DNA from: Antedon mediterranea | Taxonomy: Eukaryota > Animalia > Echinodermata | DNA: 64,000 nt | NCBI RefSeq assembly: GCF_964355755.1 | Contig: NC_092678.1 | Coordinates: 18,183,365 to 18,247,364 of the forward strand | Direction: 5' to 3' | Shown here: piece after piece, positions 11,401 through 23,150 of the stretch | Numbering within the stretch: the first letter of the stretch is position 1 | Layout of the letters: each line of letters starts with the position of its first letter | Notes under the pieces: model-generated | Databases searched by the model: none | Told to the model about the DNA's origin: nothing | The model's input: the letters and a program-made list of their open reading frames with translations, nothing else | Program-made: the position numbers and the translations under genes

Positions 11401-14400
11401 TAGGCCTTATGCTTGTTATCATAGCTACATGTCTCGAAGGTGCAGTCACTGTGTCCTTATTCATGTTATTTACATATTGTTGTTTTAAAGCTCTGTCTAC
11501 ACTTAAAACTATTTTTGACAAAAAAAACGTGTGATGTGCCCAAATATGGTATTGGTATGACATCATCATGTCCATATATGGGCTCATCACATTTTGTGGT
11601 CACAAAAAGTTTGATAGCGTAGACATAGCTTAACATATTTAGTAGTTTCAACAGACACACGTACACGTGGCTAGATTATTTTTGCTAGGCCCGTTCTAAA
11701 AATTACACCAACCTGTCCACTTCCCCTTGGCTCATAGCAGCAAAAACAAAACATTCTGTTGTCCCATTAACAGCAATCATCAGTACATACATACAGTAAA
11801 ACCGTAGTAAAGTCGGGCCTGAAACATTAAAAATGTTATAAATTATAATCCATGACACAACAAAAATGAATTATTGGCTTACCGGCATATTTCTGTACAA
11901 TGTTTGAAATCGTCAACATAATGGAAATCTCATTGCGAGGAAGCATTTTTTCATGTTAAAGTATCCCCTCCTTTAATAGGGGTGTCCCCCTCGATAGGAA
12001 TGTGCCCTTAATAGGAGTATCCCTTGAATAGAGGTGTCCTAAAGAAGAGGTTCTACTATTGGCCTTCATTCGTTTCATGTTAAAGTGTTCCCCTTAATAG
12101 GAGTGTCCCCCTCAATAGGAGTGTCCCCCTCAATAGGAGTCTCCCCTCAATAGGAGTGTCCCCCCCCTCAATAGGAGTGTCCCCCCCTCAATAGGAGTGT
12201 CCCCCCCTCAATAGGAGTGTCCCCCCTCAATAGGAGTGTCCCCCTCAATAGGAGTCTCCCCCTCAATAGGAGTCTCCTCCTCAATAGGAGTGTCCCCCCT
12301 CAAAGGAGTGTTCCACTCAATAGGAGTGTCACCCTCAATAGGAGTGTCACCCTTAATAGGAGTGTCCCCCTCAACAGGAGTGTCCCCCTCAATAGGAATG
12401 TCCCCCTTAATAGGAATGTCCACATTAATAGCAGTGTCCACATTAATAGGAGTGTCCCTTGAATAGAGTATCCCAAAGGAGCGGTTCTACTGTTTACCTG
12501 TTCCTGAGCTTAGTAAGGTTCCACCATACATATCTAAGAGGAGATATGAATATGCATATCCAAACACTAGAATCGTCGCGCCAACCAGGACGACAAACTT
12601 CAGCAATGCCTCCAATGCCTTAGATGCTAGATCAATTGATTCCTGCAAAGATTATAGTAAATGTATAGGCCTTATTGTAGTATAGAGTATTTTCTCTTAT
12701 TTCTGTCTCTGTATGTGACAAAAAAAATGTGATGTGCCCCAATATGGACACGATATCATATCACCACCATAGTTGGGTATATCACTTCCAAATTTGTACA
12801 TACACTGATAGGACTGGAAATGATCAAATAAGCACTGAAGTAGTTTAATTTATGAGCTGTTCAGATATTCTACAATTTTAAAATTCATACGACAAATTAT
12901 AATATACAAAATGTCAGTCTAACTGAACTGTTGAATATATTCTTATATTCTATGTGACTTTGTATTATCTGTGTCTTTAAATAATTTTTTTAGGTTAACC
13001 ATGCTTACTTTTAGCTTTGATTGATTGAAATATATATTTATACTGGGTAACCTCTTCAGTCAAAGACTGGTCTCCCAGAGGGCCCAGTTGGTGTACAGTG
13101 GCTGTGATGTACTAATATACCGGGGTAACCCCCTACTCGTCTCGAAAGATGTACTAGGTTCTTTAAAGTGCACACGAGGTATATGTGTACACTGGACCTA
13201 CGGTTTATAGTCCTTATCCGAGAAGACTCGTTCTACCACCAGAACCATGGAGTGAGTGAGCCTCGAACCCCTGCCGATGTTATGGCTACGTAATTACGGT
13301 TCCACTGTCTTAACCGCTCGGCCACTCACTCACCTATATCTCTGTCTACACTATCAAACTAGTTTGATAAGAAAAGTGTGATATGACATCATTGTGTCCA
13401 TATATGAGCACATCACATTTTTTTGTCACATAAAGTTTAGTGTAGACAGAGGTTTATTATATAAAAGCTTTTGAAGACGGACCTTTGGCTGTTTTTTTGC
13501 TATCTTTCCTCTTTGAACCGTCTGTGCAAAGAACAGGTAGCCACTTTCTTCTATCGGTAAGAAGATAAACCTAGCTGCCAACGAACCCAAATTGTTGATG
13601 ATGTCATAGATTCCCTGATCGCCAAAGTTCAGGACATCGAAAATTGTCATCATGTACCTTTCTCCTAAATTAAAATACATTGGTTTTTTTTAATTATTAA
13701 CCCTTTGAAGACGTGGCCTATACCCCATACGGGGTAATTTACTGTCTCAGGACGCGAGGCCTGCATACGTACGAGTTGATGTTTTGGTCATTGAATTGCA
13801 CTTTTTTTTTTTGCACCCCTGCCGATGTTATGGCTACGTAATTACGGTTCCACTGTCTTAACCGCTCGGCCACTCACTCACTCTAAAGAAATTACAAGGC
13901 AAAAGATGGGGCATTTGGTCAAGATCAGGTTCATTTTTTTTTTGCCATACTGTATGTACCCCGAGGTGGGGGGGTTGGGGAGTAGCCTCAGTGTCCCCTC
14001 CTTGTCACTACTATACATACCTTCTGTAAGTATCTGTTTCAGAAAACCTTGCTTAAAAAAACTCCACACTAATATAACTGTTGAGAAATCTGCCCAGTAC
14101 TAAAAACATAATAAAAGAAAGCTATTAAAATGTAATCAATAGAAAGACTACAATATTAATACTGTAGTCTATTTCGTGCCTAGCGTATCTGGATAAACCG
14201 ACAATAGCCCATTCTCACTACTACTACAAACATTACATTTCATTCAACATAAGCATTACACAGTGGGACAGCCAGTCGACAAATCGTGTCAAATTTCGAC
14301 TCGGAGAGGGCGCCCTACTTTTCTAATTTAGTTCAAAATTGCTAAATTTTAGGGTGTTGGAAAAACACAATATTTGTAAATTTAGCTGATTATCGGAAAA

Positions 14401-17400
14401 ATATTGTTAGTGAAATAAATTCATAAATGGTTTTAATATATTGTCATGTAAAATTAAATGTATTTGAACAAAACGATAATCTGTAATTTAACGGCAAAAT
14501 CAACCAATGTCTTTTTTCCGAAATTGTACCCTAGAAAATCGTTAAAATAAAATATTTAGAAAAATTGAACAGTCCTGAATTTAAAATCCCTGTTAGAAAA
14601 ATTAATAATCTACAGAATACGATATTAAGATACAAAATTCGGTGGTTGGGATGCAGCTCCGACTATGAAAACTAAAGGTACCACTATTTGTTCCATCGAA
14701 AACTAGCGAAACCGCCATTTTGTAAACACATCGTCATCGTGTTTATGAATTTATTTATAGCGAACGATATACGCGATGTTCATAATTGTCCGCGTATAAG
14801 AATTCATATAAATAAATACATTCCAATACAACGTATATTATTACTTGTTTATTTATCACAGTATACATTTTAGTTGAGGAATATTTATCATTAGCGAGCG
14901 ATTGTTCCAGGGGCGGAAAGTCACTTAGTGACGTTGTGATCGGGCGCGTCGGGCCTAGCTAATATTAATAATATGACCTGAAATAAGCGGCTAACAAGAA
15001 CTGTTATATACTTGCTTACAATTGTTTTGTTATTGATGAACAAACAAGCAATTAGATTGAATAACAAATTATTTATTCATTTTTTGGGGGTAAAAACATG
15101 TACAAACTATAGTACTGTATAATATAAATTAATAGTAATATTAAACTAATACAGTAGGCCTATTAATAAAATATAAAATAGGCCTAACATACAATAAATA
15201 TTCAATTTTTAAGGTCTACCACATGACAATAACATAATTTACAGAGTATAGTGTAGTAGGTTTGCATTCAACATAAATATTTGTATTGTAATTCATCTAA
15301 ATCCTCTGCAACATACATATATTTGTAATTCAACATTTTGTTTTAAATAATTAAATTATAGTGTGGGTATGACAATGTCGGTAGGTACCGGTGTCATCTT
15401 TTTATCCACTTCACTCTCAGTTTGAAGTCACAAAGACAAAGAACTCTGCATCATCAACGATTCCTGAAAGTGTCAGAAAAAATAATAAATATTATTTACA
15501 AAAAATTTTAATGTCTGGTTGTATATATAATTATAATATTATATGATGACATAAAAGTAAGGCAAATGGAAGCTGTATTTTATTAATTAATATTACAGTA
15601 TTTGCTATTATTATTTATATAATCTAGGCCTACTAGTAGCCTAGTAAGGCATCTATTGAGCCTAATAAATCAAATAATAAATGAAAAATAAAATAATAAT
15701 ATTAATACTGATTGAAAAAAAGTATTTTTTGTGGGGGATCAGATCACCAGGCTAGGCCGGCCAGGACCAGATACTCGTAATCAGTACAACTTAACGACTA
15801 TCGGATCAGCATCAACACAGTACAACACACGTCTCGCTATCGCCTATACTGACACACGTGTCTCGCGTTGCCGAAACCACGCTCACAGCTAGAAAATGTA
15901 CCTACCTTTCGAGGCCTGAGAATACACCAACAAATTTTGAACAGGATAGAAATATATCATACTCGATTAAACTAATATTATTCTTGATAAAACAATTGAT
16001 TATAATTTTTTTAATTTGTTGGGATGCACCTCCGACTATTCAGAAAATGGACAACAAAACAGTAGTAAAATCGTACCACATTTATAAATTTCACGAGTCC
16101 CGACTTCAGTCGCCAAATGTATTTTATTAGCTTCGGTTTCTTTGAAGGAAACCGATTGGTTATTCAATTATACTTATTAGGAAATGCTTTTACCATAATA
16201 GGTAATGTTGGGCGGTTCTTAAATATTCTTGAGAGCTTAAAATAAAACAGTACTTATTTGCTAGGCGACGAAAAATCGTGGTTTCAGTTTTCAACGATAG
16301 GTGGCGCTTCAAAATCGTCAATGCGGAAGTAAGTCGATTTTACACGATTTAACGGTCAAAACGCGAAGTGGCTTTCCCACTGTACAGGACTTAACACATA
16401 TAGCAACTATATACATACACTGTAGTGTAATATTATACACATAGACTTCTCTAGCTATTTGTTCTTATGTTGTTAGTGTTGGAGCACCAACGTTTTGATT
16501 TTTGTTCAAAGTATGAAACACACCCAGTAACAACCAATAAAATACTATTTTGTGATCTTACCGCGCCAGGAATAATGCGTGGAAAAATATCTCGTACACT
16601 TTTAAGTGGGAAATTGTCATCTTTATTCTTGATAATGTAATATGTGAAAAACGCATAGTACAAACTGACGTAGATGAAAGTAAAACAAAGCTGAAAATAA
16701 ATGAATATTATTTTAATAACTTGCATGTTTTGATAAACACTTACTTCCGTACTGAACTATTAGAAATAGGTATGTTTACAGTAATTAATTTGACTGTTTC
16801 TGTTTCAGATAAGACTTTATTTCGGTTTTAGAACCCTTTTATTTTTTGCCGTACTCTTATAGTATTATGACTATGGTAATATTGTTTGTTGGTTTGTCAT
16901 AGACTTGAAACACATCTCTCGTTACTAATTGTATGTTATTGGTATTATTTGACGTAGGAGTTTTCATTTTTGTTTGCAGCTCAATTCCAGCTCAATTATA
17001 GTGTAGGTACAGTATGACATACCAAGTGTGCCAAAATATTTTCTTTTAACAATTATTTGCATTTGCCTAAATTGCCATCTACAACCTAGACTACATTAGT
17101 TGATTGATTGTATTCTTGAACTTACCTGTGCTATACAGAATATAACGATGCCTAGATCAGGATATTTTTGAACCAGTATCACAGTCATGATGCATCTCCC
17201 AGCTATTGCAAAACCCTCAATAATCACCTGTTCAAAACAATTGTAATTTATCATTAGTGTAATGATTTGAATTATGACTCTGCGATTGATGAAGCATGAA
17301 GGCCAATTTACACAAACGAGTGGTAACGGTAAGAGGTAATTGTAAGCGGAAACATGCGTGGCTTGTCTCACTTACACAGTGCGCAGAATTCGCGAGCGGA

Positions 17401-20400
17401 GTGGTGGAAAGTAGGTACTTGTAGGCCTTGAGGCTAATGCATGTTACAGTCACTGCGGGCCTGGATGTGACAGACTGTAGGCCTAGCACACACAAGTTTT
17501 TAGAAGGACTTGTTGCCTAGTAACGTCCTAAATGTAAATTTTTTTTCCACTATTCTTATACAATCAGTCAGTCACGTCGTAGTTATTTGTATTTCTGAAT
17601 AATAAGAAGTTCCAAAACTAGGCTAGGCCTACAACGGCACTCGTATTTATTGTTGTCTTTGACTCTGTGGACTTCAATAATGTCGTTGGTTGGCAAGAAT
17701 CCATAATTACTGCGCGGTATTTTCACAAAATTCGAATAAGTTTCTATCCTGAGCAAATTTCAGCTCAACCGCGTCTTCTCCGCGTTCTGTGTAAATGGTC
17801 ATAAGAAATAACACACTCATGTAGATTCTATTTTTGTGTTTTCCGCTTACCTTTACCGCTTACAGTTACCGCTCGTCTGTGTAAATTGGCCTTGAGAGTG
17901 GCCAAAGAAGGAATATGGAGCTCAAGAAATCATAGAAATTGTTGGCTTGAGATGGACAGGTATGTAACATAATGGTAAAGAAAGAGAGCCTCGGTTTCTA
18001 CTGTAGGAACATGATGGGCAAGACAGGATGAAGTGGAGATATGGCAGTATAGAACCCCTTGGAAGAGAAAGAAAATTGACATCAATTAAAAAAAAGAGAT
18101 GATGGAAGTAAATTTGAGACTCCTGTTGACATTTTGGGACAATATGTTGTCACAACAAATTTACTGTACCTTTAATCTAACAAATAGTAATGCTTGTCCA
18201 AGTACCCAAAGAGGTTCCACTAACAGCTCAAGGAGTGCGGACAATCCAAAAATCAGAACACCGATATCATAGTTTGGTAGAACTGCATCATCTGGGCGCT
18301 CAAGCAGAAACATCCAGACGAAACTGAGAATTGTTGCAAAGAAAAATCCAACAGGAATTCTAAGAAAAAAATTGGAAATAACATAGACATCAATTACCAG
18401 GAAACCTAATGCAGTGGAGCTGCAACTTGGCTTGCCTTCCAATCTGAAGATCCTGAGTTCAAGTTAGTGCCGAATTCGTCTCATCTGCTCTACTCTTCAA
18501 ATTAGACTTTTTATATGATTTGCTTTGAAAAGACATAACGGACACAATTCGTATTTGGGGACAGTCGGGTTAAGCCACTCCTATTCAGGGACTTCCTATT
18601 AAGGGGACACTCATATTAAGGGACACTCATATTAAGGGACACTTTCTCATGTAAAAGGGAACAATGAGGGAAATGATGGGAGGCAATATATTTGTTAACA
18701 CTACACCTAACCGATATTCAGGGGACGTATTTAATAAGGGAAACCTTGTTGAGTCCTGAAAGTGTCACCTTAATAGGTGTTCTACTGTACAATTACAACG
18801 GTAGAGTAGAACTGATCCCTATTAAGGGAACACTTTCCCTGTGAAATGAACAAAGGAAAATATAAGTGGCCAACCCCTATTTAAATGACAACCCTATAAA
18901 ACACTTCTTGGGGTCCTGAAGATATAACCAAGGCAATCTAACAACAGTACGCTGAGCTCTGGAGAGCAAAGGGTTTATCTGTGGCTGCGACACAGTCAGT
19001 TACATGACCCTTAGCAGACACCTCATGCCATGCAGAATATGTACATACAGTAGTACAGTACTGTTGGTATTTGTCGCAGCCAGACATAAGATCAAAGGAC
19101 TGTTTACAGTTCCTATCTTGGAAAGGCGAGCTCAGTGTCCTGTTGTTAGATTGCCTTGGTATAACCAAAGAACTTATAACACAAGAATCTCCTGTTCGTC
19201 CGAAGCGCGTAACAATTTCGAAAGGCATTGTGGGATAGAATAGAGCTATGGGTGGCGCCATTGTGAGCCATGGAGTAGGGCGCCCGCATCAAATTAGAAA
19301 GTCAAAATCATAGAGGGGATCTGCTAATGCTCTAGGGGGGATAGAGTAATTGACTGAGGAGTAGGGCGCCCGAATCAAATTAGAAAGTCAAAATCATAGA
19401 GGGGATCTGCTAATACTCTAGGGGGGTAGAGTAATTGACTTCCTAGTTTGGAGGGGGCGCTGCTCCATGCTGTGAAATGGCGTCGCCCAGTTTGACCTTT
19501 TAACCCTGTACTTCCGATACTGTGTTTTGAATGCAAATTGAAGAACAGGAGATTCTTGTGTTATAAGTTCTTTGGTATAACCATCAAAAGGATTACTGTA
19601 TATTGCATAATATCATAATAATAATATATTCATTCTTACGTGCACCAGATGAGGTTTATAGTTTGTGCCCATTGGTTCTTGTTGGGACTACTAAGACAGG
19701 CTCTGCGAAATGCTTCCCTTGCTATAAATAGTATCGTTGAATACAGTAGTGTTAACCTACAAAAATATAATTTTAAAAAAGAGCATAATTATTATAATTA
19801 AATACTATACCATATAACATTGCAAAAAAAAAGTTTGAACTGCTAATACAGGCTTCCCTTGCTATAAAGAGTATCGTTGAATAGAGTAGTGTTAATCTAC
19901 AAAAATATAATTTTTTAAAAGAGCATAATTATTATAATTAAATATTCCCATTATTGACTTTTGGTCTGGACGTAGTCTCTCTATAGCCAGTTCAGATGAG
20001 TTTTTACAAGAAATGCTTACCAATCATTTTTTCCTGAACATGGGTTTTCTCGGGTATAGTCCCACTCCTAAAGTCGGTCCAATTTTGCTCGATATACGGT
20101 GATATTGTGTAGATTTGATTGATTTATGTTATGTATTTTTTCCAGTATTATTGTGCGACTATAGTAACAAAGGGCCTGGAAAAAAAGGATTGGCAATATA
20201 CTCATATTCATTAGCGATTTATCATAAATCCTGTGTGTGATATTAGTCTAAACTAGCGGGTGGGATTATACACAAGGGTGGGATTATACACAAACATGGG
20301 ATTATACACAAACATGGGATTATATTTGGACATGATCAACTACAATCCTACCACCTTCTAATTCAAACTAAAATTCAGACAAAAGACTTAACTTAAATTT

Positions 20401-22748
20401 CATTATTAGATCAATCCAAGTATTATCCCACCCTTAATTTCTCCCCAAATTGTACCCAAGTTAAACATTAAAGCAATCCAAGTATAATCCCATCCCTAAT
20501 TCACCCCACCCCTAAATTTCTCCCCCCTCCCCCCCAAAAAAAATGTTACCCAAGTCAAACATTAAAGCAATCTAAGTCAATTTAAATTTCAAACCTGCTG
20601 TAGTATTTTATAGAAAACCGCTCTGATTTTTTTTGGGAGATTTGTTTATAATAATGTTTGGACCTACTTTACCTGACATTGACCACACCCACCATCTCTT
20701 TAGATATGTATCGTAGAATGAAAGCATTTAGTAGAAATGTAACCATTCGAAACATAACCTAAAAAATGATCGGAATTGCCATTAATAATTTTACAATTGT
20801 TTTCATATATGGCGTATAATATAATAATTGTCTTTTTTTAAATCAACATGGGCTTTATAATAAAAATAATTAATGTAGGCGAGGCCTATAAGGGTCATTC
20901 TTCAGTAAGTGTCTAATTTCAGGTTTATAAAAAATCTATTTTAAAATTTGCATTTTTTAAATTTTAAAAGTTTATTCAGATAAATGAACATGTATTACAT
21001 GGCAAGCGTATGTTTGGCGCAATCTTTATTATATATTTCGCATTTTATTCGCATTTATAAATACATGGTTCTATGTTACTGTCATTTCCGTCACATTTAT
21101 GGAATATACAAAGATAGAAAAAATAACGGTTTAGGAATTATAAAATTATTTCCATTATTAATTCTTTGATACTATATATTATTTTTGTCTCTATTCATCA
21201 AAAAATGATTGTTTTAACATTTATTAGTATGATGTTATACGTTCAAAACCATTTACTATTCCAAAAAATAATAATTTTCAGAAAATAGTATGACTGTCAC
21301 TGATGTTTTACAAAATTCTGTTGAAGTAGAAGAATATTGTTTATATTTCAATATACCACATAATTGCATTCATTACTTAAATATTTTAGGATATTTTAGG
21401 ATTTAAAAGGATAAAATATCCATGTGACGGAGATGAAACCGTGACGGATATGACGAACTTAAAAAATCATGTGACGAAGATGACTTTAAGATATGATTTC
21501 ATTATGTTTATTGACCAGAGTCACATAGATATACAATGTAATAACATAATAAAGATATACAAAACAAAATGTACAACAAAAAAAGGCCCTGGCAATAACA
21601 AAAAGTCATCTCCGTCACAACGAAACATTGGGAAATGTGACGGAGCTGACCGTGACGAAGATGATGTATTTAGCATTGGACAGCCTAGGATCACATCGTA
21701 GGCATGTCTGACAGCGGAGACGGATTGCATACTTCTAGATACCATGAATAACTTGTACTTCCAGTTGAAAAAAACCAGAAATTATAATTATTCAATGAGT
21801 TCTATACCGTTCGGATATGACATTCAATAAAGGTACGCAACTGTAATTTTTCTAAAACCTTGTTTTATTAGCTTTTTTCCTCTTTTATTGAAAATGATGT
21901 GCGGCTAGTTTTATTTCAATATCTTCGCATGTTTACAACGCACAGTCAATTTTTTTCCCCGCCGTTCATTAAACTGTAGACGGCACATTTCAATTATGTG
22001 ACGGAAATGACACAAAACTGCGGGACAAGCTTTTTCCAAACAAAAACTTTAAAGTTTGAGATTTAATGTATATGTAGAGATGTATTTCGAAGAATATAAT
22101 CGCATGAAATCATGATTAACTAACTTTTTACAATATTTTCGATAACAAAAGTCCTGTTATCAAATATATACGGCGATCATAAAATTGAAGATGTACGATC
22201 GGGACATAGGATTTTAGGGGGTTGCCTGAAACATTTTTATAAAAATTAACAATATCAATGTAGGCCTAATTATCTTTGGTTTATGTAATTAATTATATTT
22301 ACAATAATGTTGATTATGATTTAAGTCAAGAATTTTTATTTTTTAATGATGAAAAGTATCGGGACACGATTTTAGACACTTACTGAAGAATGACCCATAA
22401 GGTTTATCGCGGCGCATGATGAGAAGGGTTTGGGAGCAAACGTCATGACACGTACGTATACGACGGTACGCGACGTGACATTTTTGCTCCCAAACCCTTC
22501 CCATTATGCATTGTGAAATGACTTTCCTCATGAATTCAAGCTATTTGCGATAACCCTTATTATAATATAATTATAATAATCAATCAATACCTCTTACAGT
22601 AGTTACCTAGCCTTATAATATAGGCCTAAAAATATACTGTGTACACATGTTACTGTGTAATAAATTTTAAAAAGATACTTACTTGTAGGATCATGTTGTA
22701 TGAAGCAGAGCGAGCAGCACTTGCTAATACCTTGCCTGATGACGGCAT
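8448..22748 (-). CDS. RFT1: RFT1 homolog (ER polytopic membrane protein for Man5GlcNAc2-PP-dolichol translocation), complete
   Basis: 13 phase-consistent exons (minus): 22748-22683, 20758-20673, 19756-19640, 18359-18170, 17227-17126, 16690-16562, 14099-14021, 13664-13483, 12642-12498, 11818-11713, 10173-10045, 9562-9442, 8618-8448. Motifs: [98 protein letters not shown]. Confidence 0.95.
10555..10940. repeat. Minisatellite, 19-21 bp unit (CCAGGGCTTGGACAATTT[T/G])
   Basis: About 19 degenerate tandem units in an RFT1 intron; source of several spurious ORFs. Confidence 0.9.
11160..11440 (-). mobile_element. 3' fragment of an L2-like LINE
   Basis: Minus strand reads ..NDLPAAIK....[11 protein letters not shown], followed by an (ATT)n tail. 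Confidence 0.55.
11965..12492. repeat. Minisatellite, about 18-21 bp unit (CTCAATAGGAGTGTCCCC), amplified inside Tigger/pogo-like MITE ends
   Basis: More than 20 tandem units; arrays end in GGTTCTACT (about 12050 and 12483), the terminus also seen at about 245-330 and 18590-18790. Confidence 0.85.
13017..13333 (-). mobile_element. tRNA-derived SINE with Deu/Nin-like central domain (DeuSINE)
   Basis: A-box TGGCCGAGCGG, B-box GGTTCGAGGC; body GGATAAGGACTATAAACCGTAGGTCC...TTAAAGAACC...TTTCGAGACGAGTAGGGG resembles the Deu domain; (TCAA)n tail. A near-identical head fragment lies at about 13816-13882. Confidence 0.8.
14261..16382. mobile_element. Non-autonomous DNA transposon, about 2.1 kb, CAGTGGG...CCCACTG ends, 4-bp TSD TACA
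   Basis: Termini CAGTGGGACAGCCA and CAGTGGGAAAGCCA (reverse complement); subterminal inverted motif AAATCGTGT..AAT..CGACT; TACA at 14257-14260 and 16383-16386. The first 480 bp are nearly identical to 42073-42552. Confidence 0.8.
17300..17892. mobile_element. PIF/Harbinger-like MITE, TGA TSD
   Basis: TIR AGGCCAATTTACACA.ACGAG.GGTAAC; TGA on both flanks. Confidence 0.75.
19166..19574. mobile_element. P/Galileo-like MITE, 32-bp TIR, 7-bp TSD GTATAAC
   Basis: TIR CAAAGAACTTATAACACAAGAATCTCCTGTTC at both ends; TSD at 19159-19165 and 19575-19581; internal direct repeat of about 85 bp (19273-19440). Confidence 0.85.
20892..22396. mobile_element. Non-autonomous DNA transposon, 25-bp TIR with GGG ends and 4-bp TSD ATAA (Sola2-like)
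   Basis: TIR GGGTCATTCTTCAGTAAGTGTCTAA at both ends; ATAA at 20888-20891 and 22397-22400; internal GTGACGRARATGA-like motifs in both orientations (21424-22012). Confidence 0.8.
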
Positions 22749-22749
22749 G

Positions 22750-23150
22750 TTTAGTTTTTAAAATTTTTTAGCCAAAAAAATATATATTCCTAAGCCAAGC
22801 TAGGCCCTAGCTAGGTAATAGCAGCAGTGCCACGCATGCAGTGCAGACAGGGGCTTGCTGGCTGATGATGTTGAGAGAAAGAAAATCGGGCCAGTAATTC
22901 GCTACTCACACCACGTTGTCCTTCTAAACAAATAAAATGTAGAATAAGCATAAAAAATGTATCTATCCTATAGCTAAATTTAACTTTACATTTAGGCCTA
23001 GATCCCCATTGTTTTGGGAAATCCAAATCAAAAGCACAGCGACGGTGCGGTGACGATATAAACAACAACCGCCTCCTCTCGACGACTCAGGTGGTATCTT
23101 GTTTATATCACGTGACGATACAACGAATATCACGTGGTAATTGTTCACAT
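22750..23150 (-). promoter_or_regulatory. Probable RFT1 promoter and 5'UTR
   Basis: CpG-enriched patch just upstream of the ATG with two E-boxes (TCACGTGA near 23108, TCACGTGG near 23130). TSS not determined. Confidence 0.4.

Noticed and set aside
12208-12466. ORFs (GDTPIE)n
   Set aside because: Minisatellite in an RFT1 intron.
13250-13333. tRNA gene
   Set aside because: A and B boxes are present but there is no clean cloverleaf; it is the head of a SINE.
14259-14265. RSS heptamer CACAGTG suggesting a RAG/Transib transposon
   Set aside because: The other end and the second copy read TACAGTG; the first two bases belong to a 4-bp TSD. There is no matching 5-bp TSD, nonamer or RAG-like coding sequence.
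15358-15470. Exon-like segment inside the 2.1-kb transposon (minus strand)
   Set aside because: Has an acceptor-like site but stops in all frames and no recognisable transposase motif.
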